Below, one piece after another: positions 43,984-52,712 of a DNA stretch of 64,000 nucleotides (the stretch's first letter is position 1; the number at the start of each line of letters is the position of its first letter). Under the pieces are notes generated by a model that ran no database searches, was not told the DNA's origin, and saw only the letters and a list, made by a program, of their open reading frames with translations. The stretch lies in sequence record PQ066597.1. The stretch is one strand, 5' to 3'. Both the position numbers and the translations under genes were made by a program.

Positions 43984-44211
43984 TTAGCGAACCATGGTTT
44001 TCATTTTCTTAACAACCACGGTAGTCTGGGTGGAAGGACCACGACGACCAGTACGGGTGAGGGTCATCGGAGTTTTCTTTTCTACATTCACCGTAGCGGA
44101 ACGACCCCAACGATTAGTGGAATCTTTACCGTTGTCGGTCATTTTACCGAAGGAAGCAGCACGAGCAGCAGAACGAGTACCAAATACGAATTGAACAGTC
44201 ATAGTAGTCAT
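43984..44211 (-). CDS. small basic early protein
   Basis: Arg/Lys/Thr-rich; GGGAG RBS after promoter 44257-44285. Confidence 0.7.
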   Translation of the reverse strand: MTTMTVQFVFGTRSAARAASFGKMTDNGKDSTNRWGRSATVNVEKKTPMTLTRTGRRGPSTQTTVVVKKMKTMVR

Positions 44212-44256
44212 AATAAATCTCCCAATGATTCGAATGTCTTTTCTGTCTACGGGATT

Positions 44257-44285
44257 AGTATCTCAAAACCAAACACGGATTGCAA
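44257..44285 (-). promoter_or_regulatory. sigma70-like early promoter
   Basis: TTGCAA-N17-GATACT with TG extension. Confidence 0.55.
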
Positions 44286-44292
44286 CAGTTTT

Positions 44293-44523
44293 TCAATTCT
44301 TTTTCTTGGGCCAAAATGGAGCCAAGTAAGAGAAATCAATAAAGTCTATTTCTACATGTTTGATATCAAAAACAAACAAGGTATTGATGTCCAAGAACAG
44401 TTGATTTGCAACCGAAACACTCATCGGAAGACCAAGGAATTTATCAAGTTCGTCCTTTTCTTTACTATTCACATAATTCATATGGGCTTTGATAAACTGT
44501 TCTCGTGTAACAATAACTTTCAT
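44293..44523 (-). CDS. hypothetical early protein
   Basis: AAGGAG RBS after promoter 44551-44578. Confidence 0.8.
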   Translation of the reverse strand: MKVIVTREQFIKAHMNYVNSKEKDELDKFLGLPMSVSVANQLFLDINTLFVFDIKHVEIDFIDFSYLAPFWPKKKN

Positions 44524-44550
44524 AACAATTCTCCTTAGTTTGTATGGCCT

Positions 44551-44578
44551 ATTTTACTTGGTTTTTTAATGATGTCAA
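44551..44578 (-). promoter_or_regulatory. sigma70-like early promoter
   Basis: TTGACA-N16-TAAAAT. Confidence 0.65.
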
Positions 44579-44580
44579 TA

Positions 44581-44609
44581 ACAAAAAGCCCCAATTAAGG
44601 GGCTTTCTT
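44581..44609. terminator. intrinsic terminator (possibly bidirectional)
   Basis: AGCCCC/GGGGCT stem flanked by A and T tracts. Confidence 0.7.
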
Positions 44610-44825
44610 TTAAAACTTGAAGGATACTGCTTGTGAAAGCACTTCCTTAGTACCATGGGAAAGGGACTTGGAAGCAAACGCTTCTGCTTTCATAGCCCGA
44701 CGAACACGAGCCCGGAGTGCATCACCGAACTGGTCAACACGACCGTTTGATTTGCGCTTATAACCCTGACGACCGGTCAGTTTCTTCTCTTCAACTTTTT
44801 GTACTGCTTTCTTTTGCTTTGCCAT
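44610..44825 (-). CDS. 30.9: T4 gp30.9-like basic protein
   Basis: MAKQKK...GYKRKSNGRVDQ matches recalled T4 30.9; synteny with gene 31. Confidence 0.7.
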   Translation of the reverse strand: MAKQKKAVQKVEEKKLTGRQGYKRKSNGRVDQFGDALRARVRRAMKAEAFASKSLSHGTKEVLSQAVSFKF

Positions 44826-44940
44826 TTTGTATTTCCTTTTTTAAATTTTCGATGATTTCTTTATCAATTTCTTCTGTCAAGATCTTTTGGTATTCTTCTG
44901 GATTTTCTTTAATCCATTGAAAGATGCAAGAAGTTTCCAT
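44791..44940 (-). CDS. hypothetical protein (49 aa, not in ORF track)
   Basis: METSCIFQWIK...EEIDKEII; TAATG coupling to gene 31. Confidence 0.5.
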   Translation of the reverse strand: METSCIFQWIKENPEEYQKILTEEIDKEIIENLKKEIQNGKAKESSTKS

Positions 44941-45317
44941 TATTCTTTATCTGTGTGAGTGTAAACACCACGCACAGCCAGATGATGACAGGTAACATAG
45001 ATGATATCTTTTCCGCTATCTTCTTTCAATTCTTTTCGAATTACACGAGGATCCCAGAATTTAGCGAAATTACCGGTAGTTGGTAGGGCAACCTCGGCAC
45101 CAATCATTTCATTGAAGTCTTTAGGGCAATTACCACCAACAGAGACGATGACACCATGGGTAGGAATACCACCTTGCTTGTTTTGGGTTGCCGTAGCAAG
45201 AACAATACCAGCAGACGATTTTTCTTCTTCCCCCGCCCGAGCGGCTTCACATCGCAGGATGAGATGATCACCCATAGCTTTAAATCCAAGTTTACTTTGG
45301 TCGATTTTTTGTTGCAT
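44940..45317 (-). CDS. 31: co-chaperonin GroES-like gp31
   Basis: KAMGDHLIL, SSAGIVL mobile loop, G.IVSVG; synteny cd-31-30.9. Confidence 0.88.
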   Translation of the reverse strand: MQQKIDQSKLGFKAMGDHLILRCEAARAGEEEKSSAGIVLATATQNKQGGIPTHGVIVSVGGNCPKDFNEMIGAEVALPTTGNFAKFWDPRVIRKELKEDSGKDIIYVTCHHLAVRGVYTHTDKE

Positions 45318-45361
45318 TTCGTTTTCTCTTTTATTGGTTTATATACAACGAGTATAGCATG

Positions 45362-45628
45362 TTATTGGTATCCATTTAATAATTTGTATGAGATTTCATT
45401 AAAATACCGTTTCATCAAAAATAGGTCTTGATCGATAACCATATAATCTTTTGTATATGAATGACCAGTTCTACAAATATTTTTGTGTTCTATTTCACTG
45501 ATAACTAAGTTCATTTTATGAAGGGTTGGTGCACTCAATACCTCACCTTCAAACATATCAACGAAATCATGATAACACAGTTCTCGACTTGGTTGAACTT
45601 CGATTTTAAACATCGATATCAACCACAC
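45362..45628 (-). CDS. hypothetical protein
   Basis: Tiled ORF; true start probably MFKIE. Confidence 0.65.
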   Translation of the reverse strand: MWLISMFKIEVQPSRELCYHDFVDMFEGEVLSAPTLHKMNLVISEIEHKNICRTGHSYTKDYMVIDQDLFLMKRYFNEISYKLLNGYQ

Positions 45629-46025
45629 CCAAGCTCATAGCTTCTATCATATGATGAATATCACCAACAGTGGTAAATCCAACTTGAATCAAATTGCTAA
45701 GTTTAAATGTCCGAAATGCACCCTTGTCCACATCAAAGAAGCGAACAACATCTGGATTTACTTTACGAGGTTTGGATTCGGAACTACCTTCGGTAGGTTG
45801 ACCAATAGCTTCTACAATTACCTCAGTATCCAAAGTTGCGTTACCACTACGGATAGTACCATCAACCTTCTCAAAAACCAAATCAACGACCCCCGAATGA
45901 AGAACTTCCTCAACAACAGATTTGAAGAAAACTTTCTGTTCATCAGTTAGGTTTTCATAACTACGGGGTTCTTGTTCAACTAGGGCCTGACGCATAAAAG
46001 AATCACTCATTTTATTATCTCTCAC
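45606..46025 (-). CDS. SH3/WYL-like beta-barrel protein (T4 31.x region type)
   Basis: FEKVDGTIR...T and FFDVDKGAFRTF motifs. Confidence 0.75.
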   Translation of the reverse strand: MRDNKMSDSFMRQALVEQEPRSYENLTDEQKVFFKSVVEEVLHSGVVDLVFEKVDGTIRSGNATLDTEVIVEAIGQPTEGSSESKPRKVNPDVVRFFDVDKGAFRTFKLSNLIQVGFTTVGDIHHMIEAMSLGVVDIDV

Positions 46026-46546
46026 TTTTGAATACGGTTTACTCTAACCGCATAATTGTTAAAATCAATCACATCCCCACAATGGACTACTTCTATACCC
46101 TGATCCTCAAGTATCTTCTCCCACCCATCAGGGGATTTACTATAACGGGTATGATAAATTACTTTCTTGATCCCAGCAGCCGCCATGTGTTTTGCACAAT
46201 TTGAACAAGGGCTAAGGGATGTTACCAGAGTAGCACCATCAACCGACTGACCAGCTCTGGCTGCATATAGAAGGGCGTTCATCTCACTATGAACAACATG
46301 GATATTAGCCCAATTGCTATATTCCTCTTCATGTTCTGGGTAAAGACGTACCATACCATGCTGACACCCTGCCCATTTCATATTAATAGCATGTTCATCA
46401 GGATTAATACCACCAGCACGAGTACCATTATACCCTGTAGAAATAACCCGACCATCTTTAACGATAACGGTTCCAACCTTATGGCTAGGGCATTTACTTT
46501 CATTACTCACAGCCAATGCCATAGTAACCAGAGTTTTAATCTTCAT
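46022..46546 (-). CDS. cd: dCMP deaminase
   Basis: KVGTVI, STGYNG, HSEMNAL, SPCSNC motifs. Confidence 0.95.
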   Translation of the reverse strand: MKIKTLVTMALAVSNESKCPSHKVGTVIVKDGRVISTGYNGTRAGGINPDEHAINMKWAGCQHGMVRLYPEHEEEYSNWANIHVVHSEMNALLYAARAGQSVDGATLVTSLSPCSNCAKHMAAAGIKKVIYHTRYSKSPDGWEKILEDQGIEVVHCGDVIDFNNYAVRVNRIQK

Positions 46547-46770
46547 TAGTTGATATCCTTTTCTGGTGATTTATATTGTTGTCCATGACAATAATAAACC
46601 TTATCTTTATACTCATAAACGGTAAAGATTTGGATAGGTTGACCAAAAGGATCAACGACCGCAATCTCAAAAACCGTGTCTGATTTCTTCATAACCCCAA
46701 CTCGAAAAGGGGGAGGAACTGAATTATCAAACCGTCGAATTAGTTCTTTAACATCGTTTTCAAAACTCAT
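46546..46770 (-). CDS. hypothetical protein
   Basis: Tiled ORF, TAATG coupling. Confidence 0.75.
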   Translation of the reverse strand: MSFENDVKELIRRFDNSVPPPFRVGVMKKSDTVFEIAVVDPFGQPIQIFTVYEYKDKVYYCHGQQYKSPEKDIN

Positions 46771-46780
46771 ATCAAAATTC

Positions 46781-47062
46781 TCACTTCTTATATTTTAGAT
46801 CTTTGACTTCAAGCACACGAATGGTACTTCCAATCTGATACATCTTTCGGATTTCTTCTTGAGATAATGGTTTATAAACATCACCAAGAATTGGGCGTTT
46901 CTTAACCAATACCCCTTTCTCTATGGAAGTTTCCAAGTAAGGAACGAATATATCGCGTTCATAGTCTTCGGCTTCTTTTTTTGACTTAAAGAGTAGAGCC
47001 CGTTCATTTTGAAAAATTAAATGTGTTTTTCCTGATTCGTCGGAAAATGTCAATGCAAACAT
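46781..47062 (-). CDS. hypothetical protein
   Basis: AGGAG RBS. Confidence 0.8.
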   Translation of the reverse strand: MFALTFSDESGKTHLIFQNERALLFKSKKEAEDYERDIFVPYLETSIEKGVLVKKRPILGDVYKPLSQEEIRKMYQIGSTIRVLEVKDLKYKK

Positions 47063-47115
47063 GATTAATCTCCTATTTCACTGGTGATCATATCACATCA
47101 TTGACCACCATTTAA

Positions 47116-47667
47116 TTATTTACACGTTTCTGGGATCCCATAGACATACTCCATAGTCTCAATGAGACCTTTCAGATCTAACGTTAATGACCTATGTTCT
47201 AGTGCAGGCGTAACATACCTAACCGAAATATAATCAGATTCCCACAGCATTCTATAAGATCCTGTACATCCATACAGTTCATCATAAGAAAATAGTTTCA
47301 ATGCTACAGAAGAATCAGAATTTCTTATTGTGGAAGCAACTCCTTTAAAACTTGAGTTCTGAGAACTATAAGTTGCTTCGTTATCGCCAATAGAAACGGT
47401 TATAGGCGCTTTTGGGTGTATGTCTGTCTTCATGGTTGTCAGATTAAGATAAAATGCCCTATGAGCCTGTATAGAGCCTATATGAAGCATATACGGAAGG
47501 TCGATATCATCTTCATAATCTGGGTGTTGGAATGAACCAACCAAATGACGTTCTTTCAACGAAGCAGCATCATTTATGATATGTTCTCTCCACACCCTCT
47601 GAGTATCTAAAACCTCGGAATGTAAAGGAGTAGAGATTAAAAGACATAAAAGAAGATATTTTACCAT
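47116..47667 (-). CDS. exported/periplasmic hypothetical protein
   Basis: Start re-called at MVKYLLLCLLIS (signal peptide, GAGG RBS). Confidence 0.7.
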   Translation of the reverse strand: MVKYLLLCLLISTPLHSEVLDTQRVWREHIINDAASLKERHLVGSFQHPDYEDDIDLPYMLHIGSIQAHRAFYLNLTTMKTDIHPKAPITVSIGDNEATYSSQNSSFKGVASTIRNSDSSVALKLFSYDELYGCTGSYRMLWESDYISVRYVTPALEHRSLTLDLKGLIETMEYVYGIPETCK

Positions 47668-47668
47668 A

Positions 47669-47866
47669 TTACCTCTTAAAGATCTTGTGGTCTTTGGGGA
47701 GGTTAATAATTCCCCAAACACAAATGTCATCCAAGTAGGGGTGTCGTCTGAAATGAAACAGACGACCGTTTACATACTTGTATAATGCACCAAAATCATC
47801 AGTGTGGGTAGCCTGAGCTTTCAGGCGTTCCCCTTTAGATTTTCTCTTTTTTGTAAACCAGTTCAT
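47669..47866 (-). CDS. hypothetical protein
   Basis: Start re-called at MNWFTKK just after pseT stop. Confidence 0.7.
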   Translation of the reverse strand: MNWFTKKRKSKGERLKAQATHTDDFGALYKYVNGRLFHFRRHPYLDDICVWGIINLPKDHKIFKR

Positions 47867-47867
47867 A

Positions 47868-48782
47868 TTAAAAGTCTCCGGGTTGAACCTGAAAACATTC
47901 GATACCAAGGTCACGCCACATTTTAACAACTTGGTCTCGATCATCAACGCAATGGGTTACGTTATAGTATGGTGCGATATGACGCCAGAACAGTTCCTCT
48001 TTGATGATCTTATCAGAACGTTGATCTCCTTGTTCGCGTTGGATATGAACGTCGATAGGCATACCATGCTTAATACACCAGTCATAAGTGTCCTGCATAC
48101 ATACACCATCACGACCAGACGCAACAATGATAACATAACCACGATATTTCAGAAGTTGTGCATATTGGATAACTGTATGACGAGGGGTGTCTTCCTTGAC
48201 ACGAGCCCAATCAAACGGATCTCGGTCATTCTTTTCTGCTATAGTACCATCAACATCAAAGATAACTGCCATCGGAAGAGATTCATCAGGAGTATATGTT
48301 ACCTTTGGTTCATAATCAACAACAATTCCACCATAAACCTCATAACGATGGAATTGGTCATCAAACTGGGTAACCATACGATCCAGAACGGAATCATTTA
48401 CAGACCAACCACCACGAGTGGAATTACGGCGTTTCAGTTCTTCCATCGGAACAGGAAACCAAACCAGCGTCACATTATACCCCAGTTCCTTAAGTTGACC
48501 GATCATAACCTTACGAAACTTTTCATTCAGGTTTGTATCAGAGATAACAACTTGTTTTCCGGCCTCGTGTGCAGCAAGAACCTTGCGCCAGTTAACATCA
48601 GTAACCAGAGCCTCACGGTCTTTCCCGAAGTTATAACCCTTCCAGCTCTTGATCTGGAACAGGCTACGACGAGTATCATCACGGTTGATATTAACCATCT
48701 TACCTTGTGACTTTTTGACCATCATTTCGGCCCAAGTACTTTTTCCACTCGAACTAGCACCGATAGTGATATAAGCGTTCAT
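47868..48782 (-). CDS. pseT: polynucleotide 5'-kinase / 3'-phosphatase
   Basis: GASSSGKST, INRDDTR, SDTNL; FDVDGT, SGR, QGDQRSD, DDRDQVVKMWR motifs. Confidence 0.97.
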   Translation of the reverse strand: MNAYITIGASSSGKSTWAEMMVKKSQGKMVNINRDDTRRSLFQIKSWKGYNFGKDREALVTDVNWRKVLAAHEAGKQVVISDTNLNEKFRKVMIGQLKELGYNVTLVWFPVPMEELKRRNSTRGGWSVNDSVLDRMVTQFDDQFHRYEVYGGIVVDYEPKVTYTPDESLPMAVIFDVDGTIAEKNDRDPFDWARVKEDTPRHTVIQYAQLLKYRGYVIIVASGRDGVCMQDTYDWCIKHGMPIDVHIQREQGDQRSDKIIKEELFWRHIAPYYNVTHCVDDRDQVVKMWRDLGIECFQVQPGDF

Positions 48783-48790
48783 ATTTTTCC

Positions 48791-48976
48791 TTAATAGTGT
48801 TTAATGATGAAATTGATACGATCTTTCATGGCGATCATTTCCCATCGCATCATATTTTTACCATGTTCAGAAATGTAATTCTCAAACATAATATTAGCTT
48901 CGATTGTATCAGATTGATACACTTCTGCAACTTTCTGACAGAAGTTTTCGGTCTCTTGGTTTTTGAAAGGTTTCAT
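48791..48976 (-). CDS. hypothetical early protein
   Basis: First ORF after promoter 49004-49032. Confidence 0.75.
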   Translation of the reverse strand: MKPFKNQETENFCQKVAEVYQSDTIEANIMFENYISEHGKNMMRWEMIAMKDRINFIIKHY

Positions 48977-49003
48977 GAAATCCCCCTTTGTTTCAACAAA
49001 AAC

Positions 49004-49032
49004 ATTATCTCACAAAGGCAAAACGAGATCAA
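49004..49032 (-). promoter_or_regulatory. sigma70-like early promoter
   Basis: TTGATC-N17-GATAAT with TG extension. Confidence 0.65.
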
Positions 49033-49331
49033 CAAATTTCATCAATTACACCAAGTTCAACAATTTCGTACTCTTGAAGGGCTTCATACCCTTTACCTGT
49101 TTTATAGTATTCTTCAAGTTCTGGATTTTGTGGTTCTGAGTTGTACCAAGGTACATCATGTTCACCAGAAAGAACACGTTCCAGATACCCTACACGGTTT
49201 GTAATAAACGGTATGTAACACTCCAGAGAGAAACATGCTTGAACACCATTTTGAAAATCACCCTGTGAACCTACGGTATGGATACCAACGAAAATTCCTT
49301 TAGTCCCTTTCTTACGAAGTGCGTAAAACAT
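49029..49331 (-). CDS. hypothetical protein
   Basis: Start re-called at MFYAL (GGAG RBS). Confidence 0.7.
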   Translation of the reverse strand: MFYALRKKGTKGIFVGIHTVGSQGDFQNGVQACFSLECYIPFITNRVGYLERVLSGEHDVPWYNSEPQNPELEEYYKTGKGYEALQEYEIVELGVIDEIC

Positions 49332-49341
49332 ATCGTTTCTC

Positions 49342-49599
49342 CTATCTAAGTTGAGAATCTTTACTTCCACGACGATTATATAATGGTTTCATCTTTTTGT
49401 CTAGGTCACTTTGACATTTAACACAAAAATGAACAACCATTATTTTCCTTCTCCCTTCCGGGATCCTATCTCCACATTCTTCACAAAATTCGGACGACAT
49501 CCCTTTGTGAAATTGAGAACGAGCAAAGTCAATTCCATTGTTGATTGTGGATTCAATAGTTTCCAAATGGTTATCGCAACCACCAAACCCAACAGCCAT
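49342..49599 (-). CDS. DksA/TraR C4-type zinc finger protein
   Basis: CEECGDRIPEGRR...CVKCQ. Confidence 0.9.
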   Translation of the reverse strand: MAVGFGGCDNHLETIESTINNGIDFARSQFHKGMSSEFCEECGDRIPEGRRKIMVVHFCVKCQSDLDKKMKPLYNRRGSKDSQLR

Positions 49600-49856
49600 T
49601 ACTTCACCTCTTCCAGAACGTTGGAGAGGAAACTTCCATAATCAGTTCCGAAGTTTTCGATACCCTCATCACTCATCGCAAGAATATAATTCCCACGGTT
49701 CCCGAAGTTTGTCCACATCAGTCCATCGAACCAAGCAACTCCAGAGTCTTCGTCGAAGTCTGTACAGACAATGACGTCGTTAAGACAATCCATGTGCTCA
49801 ACAGCAACACCAAACATAGAAACGATTTTATAAGACTGACCAATTTTAAATATCAT
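49599..49856 (-). CDS. hypothetical protein
   Basis: FKIGQSYKI SH3-like start; LEEVK end shared with 27725-27964. Confidence 0.8.
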   Translation of the reverse strand: MIFKIGQSYKIVSMFGVAVEHMDCLNDVIVCTDFDEDSGVAWFDGLMWTNFGNRGNYILAMSDEGIENFGTDYGSFLSNVLEEVK

Positions 49857-49888
49857 AATTATCTCCTTTTTGATTTAAATTTATTAAA

Positions 49889-50149
49889 TCACATTACATT
49901 AATTTGGTCAACAACAAATTTTGGCACCATCACACGATAGATTTCAAAATCTTCAAGGGTAGCATCCCGGATTTCTTTTCCGAAAGTAGAGATTGGTTCT
50001 TCGGACAGAGAAGGATAACCACGGAGAATAGAGCCCCGGAGAATACCTACTGTATTCTGATCTTCTTCGTATATGTACCCAAGGGCATACTCGTTAACAA
50101 CCACATATCGAACTTTACGGATCCCACTATCATCATACCACTTCGCCAT
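49889..50149 (-). CDS. hypothetical protein
   Basis: Tiled ORF with GGAG RBS. Confidence 0.8.
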   Translation of the reverse strand: MAKWYDDSGIRKVRYVVVNEYALGYIYEEDQNTVGILRGSILRGYPSLSEEPISTFGKEIRDATLEDFEIYRVMVPKFVVDQINVM

Positions 50150-50152
50150 GAT

Positions 50153-50491
50153 TTACTCTCCTATAGCCTGATAACGAATATCTTCACATGTTTTCATCGG
50201 GACACCAATAGAATCCCAAAACATAGGGTCTTTCTTGGCGATTAAGGCGAACAGATCTGAATCTTCCCAACATACCTTAGTACCACGCTGAAGTTCACTA
50301 ACCATTTCGTCCATCTTGGATACAAAGTATTGAGTCCATGATACATCCAATCCATCCCAGTCCTTATGGCCGTATAACTCATAAAGGAATTTGTCGATAT
50401 ATGAAGACCCACTAACGGCGATACCCATCTGAATAGAACGAATCAAACGGCATACATATACATTCTGAATTTTCATTTCACGACGAACCAT
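50153..50491 (-). CDS. hypothetical protein
   Basis: Start re-called at MVRREM (AAGGA RBS). Confidence 0.7.
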   Translation of the reverse strand: MVRREMKIQNVYVCRLIRSIQMGIAVSGSSYIDKFLYELYGHKDWDGLDVSWTQYFVSKMDEMVSELQRGTKVCWEDSDLFALIAKKDPMFWDSIGVPMKTCEDIRYQAIGE

Positions 50492-50495
50492 ATCA

Positions 50496-50603
50496 TTATT
50501 CCTTATCAAAATCACCAGACAGAACTTTTGCAGCCAGAACACAGGAACCATACCACACAAGACCACCAATAGTAAGTACTGATATAGTAATTAGTTCGCT
50601 CAT
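50496..50603 (-). CDS. 35-aa single-TM peptide (not in ORF track)
   Basis: MSELITISVLTIGGLVWYGSCVLAAKVLSGDFDKE; GGAG RBS. Confidence 0.6.
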   Translation of the reverse strand: MSELITISVLTIGGLVWYGSCVLAAKVLSGDFDKE

Positions 50604-50665
50604 GTTTTCTAGTCTCCAAAAAGAAAAAGGTCTCATCCCGAAGGACAAGACCTATTATACTCATA

Positions 50666-51193
50666 TCACTGACGATAGCAACCACAAGATCGTAAAAACT
50701 TGATGTTTTTTGCGATCCGTTCGTAATACTCAATCCCATCAGCACTGTTTGGGTTGTATCCAGCGTTATAGCTTTTAACAACCATTTTCCAGTCGCCATT
50801 TCGGATTTTCTTCCAGTACTCAAGCTCCATAAGTGCATAGTTTGCGGAACTCTCCATACTGTTAATGAGTTCAGACCTTAGCTTTCGCTGTTGTCTCCAA
50901 CCCATCTTAGCGCCAGTTAGCTGTTCAACTCGTTTAACCGTATATTTCAGGTTGTTCTGGAACACACCATAATCACCGGTACGATTGTTGATTAAAAATT
51001 TACCTGCACGACTCTCGGTAAGAGCGATTGCAGCCAGTGTAAGCCCATAACCGGAAGACTCTCCCAGCTCATAAGCTCGCTGAATTGTATAAATCTGATT
51101 ATCCGTTAATTCACGGTTTTCATACATAACAGCATTTGCCGATATCGACGTTAGAAGTAGGAGGAGCCCTACTAATATACTACCACTTTTCAT
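50666..51193 (-). CDS. vs.1: lytic-transglycosylase-like protein (T4 vs.1 type) with signal peptide
   Basis: LAAIALTES catalytic Glu, YGVFQ, SYNAG motifs. Confidence 0.8.
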   Translation of the reverse strand: MKSGSILVGLLLLLTSISANAVMYENRELTDNQIYTIQRAYELGESSGYGLTLAAIALTESRAGKFLINNRTGDYGVFQNNLKYTVKRVEQLTGAKMGWRQQRKLRSELINSMESSANYALMELEYWKKIRNGDWKMVVKSYNAGYNPNSADGIEYYERIAKNIKFLRSCGCYRQ

Positions 51194-51271
51194 CTTCGAT
51201 CCTTTTTAGTGGAAGGGGTGAATTGTGGACTTTCTAACACTCATCTAAAAAACAAGCAAAGCCCAAAGTAG

Positions 51272-51279
51272 TATTTATG
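51272..51279 (-). promoter_or_regulatory. candidate late promoter CATAAATA
   Basis: One mismatch to TATAAATA, intergenic upstream of vs.1-like gene. Confidence 0.35.
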
Positions 51280-51281
51280 GT

Positions 51282-51515
51282 TTATAAAGCATTGTCAAAT
51301 TGTTTTATCAAATCCATAACCCAGTCTGGGCGAATCTCGCTATGGTAAACCGTTTTTATGTACGTCCTAAAAGCTTTTTGACGTTTCTCCGTAGTCTTAT
51401 ACCTACCCCATAACAATATACATTCACCTAAACATACAAGTTCTCGATTAGTTAGTTTTGCTCTGGCATCATACAAGACATCCAGTATTTTGTTAGAGTC
51501 AACTTGACTGCTCAT
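51282..51515 (-). CDS. hypothetical protein
   Basis: Start re-called at MSSQV (AAGGA RBS); downstream of TATAAATA 51566. Confidence 0.7.
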   Translation of the reverse strand: MSSQVDSNKILDVLYDARAKLTNRELVCLGECILLWGRYKTTEKRQKAFRTYIKTVYHSEIRPDWVMDLIKQFDNAL

Positions 51516-51540
51516 AATATATCCTTTTAGTTTCAAGTGC

Positions 51541-51639
51541 AATCAAAGTATAAAATCTCTATAAGTATTTATATAGAAGATCTATAATTAGAAAGAGTGA
51601 GCGAAGCGAACAGGCGGCTACGCCGTCTCACTACGTTCG
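51541..51639. repeat. structured non-coding element, copy 2 (inverted mate of 3142-3232)
   Basis: 44-bp exact core plus GAGCGAAGCGAAC and CTCACTACGTTCG blocks. Confidence 0.95.
51566..51573 (-). promoter_or_regulatory. T4-type late promoter box TATAAATA
   Basis: Exact match inside the repeat element. Confidence 0.6.
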
Positions 51640-51805
51640 AACATCTTTTCACATTCTTTATCAAACTCACTATTTTTATTCTTATTTGTAATAAAATTGT
51701 ATAGATTTGATTGACCAATAATCCATTTTGTATAAGAACATAATTTGTAACTATACACATAAAATTTACAAGGGTCGCCATGCAAAGAGAAATTTTTAGT
51801 TTTAG

Positions 51806-52321
51806 TCATTCTGCGTCACCTGTCATCATAGCAACCTTTTCGATTACGCTTGCAGCCTTCTCAATGTTCAGACCTGAGATGATGCAGTTATTCTCACGGC
51901 CTGTTTCATATTTGACCTTCATTCCGGTGTAACGTGCTACCTGTTCACCGGTCATGTCTGGGTGATGGAAGCGAACGATAACGTCAGAATCCAGACTCTT
52001 ACCAAGGACAATATAGAAATGGATTTCGTTGAGGATGACGTTCGGCATGGTTTTGTTTTTCCATACCTTCGCCTCCGAGAGAGAGTTTTGAAGAATGTCG
52101 ATGGCCGCAGGAACAAGGTCATTTAGTTCTGCTTCTCGCTGTGCTTTTTTGGCCTGACGTTCGAATTTTTTCAGTCGGTTTTCTACATCGATTTTGAGAT
52201 CAAACAAATTACCAAGGATCGTACCTGTAGGTTTGTGAAGAAAATCACCAGAGAGTTTCATGGTAACTTCTTGTTCGTTCCAACCGTAGGCTTTGCAAAA
52301 ATCAGAAGTGGTAAAGCTCAT
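51806..52321 (-). CDS. hypothetical early protein
   Basis: First ORF after promoter 52352-52380. Confidence 0.85.
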   Translation of the reverse strand: MSFTTSDFCKAYGWNEQEVTMKLSGDFLHKPTGTILGNLFDLKIDVENRLKKFERQAKKAQREAELNDLVPAAIDILQNSLSEAKVWKNKTMPNVILNEIHFYIVLGKSLDSDVIVRFHHPDMTGEQVARYTGMKVKYETGRENNCIISGLNIEKAASVIEKVAMMTGDAE

Positions 52322-52351
52322 ATTATTTCTCTCTTTTGTTTTGATAGGGGT

Positions 52352-52380
52352 ATAATCTCATACCCCGAAATTGAAGTCAA
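52352..52380 (-). promoter_or_regulatory. sigma70-like early promoter
   Basis: TTGACT-N17-GATTAT with TG; GGGGTAT/ATACCCC inverted repeat 52347-52366 over -10. Confidence 0.7.
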
Positions 52381-52712
52381 TTGTTCTTTTGGTTTTTTGT
52401 GAATTCTTTGATGGATTCGACACTCACACCAAAATTAAACAACTCCTTGTGGTTATCAAATTCACAATCAAAACCACGAAGGTTCGCTTGATTGATAATT
52501 TCAACCAATACAAGGTTTTTATCAAATTCAACTGTTTTTGGAATTCTGGCAGAAATAAAATCACACACAACCGAATATTTAATGGTTCCAATCAGAGAAC
52601 GACGATTGAGCATATCCCGAATTACAGCATTCAGTATTTCCTCAACAATCTCATCTGTACTATGCTTGTTCCGAATGGTAATTTCTGTCAGTAAATCTTT
52701 TGCGTCATACAT
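52377..52712 (-). CDS. hypothetical protein
   Basis: Start re-called at MYDAK (GGAGG RBS). Confidence 0.75.
   Translation of the reverse strand: MYDAKDLLTEITIRNKHSTDEIVEEILNAVIRDMLNRRSLIGTIKYSVVCDFISARIPKTVEFDKNLVLVEIINQANLRGFDCEFDNHKELFNFGVSVESIKEFTKNQKNN

Noticed and set aside
47883-48710. 275-aa plus-strand ORF; similar ones at 11717-12364, 37668-38477, 53239-53877 and 32915-33430
   Set aside because: Fully nested antisense to well-supported genes; shadow frames
51618-51809. 63-aa ORF running into repeat copy 2
   Set aside because: AT-rich, low-complexity, and its end is encoded by the non-coding element; could be real but is not supportable
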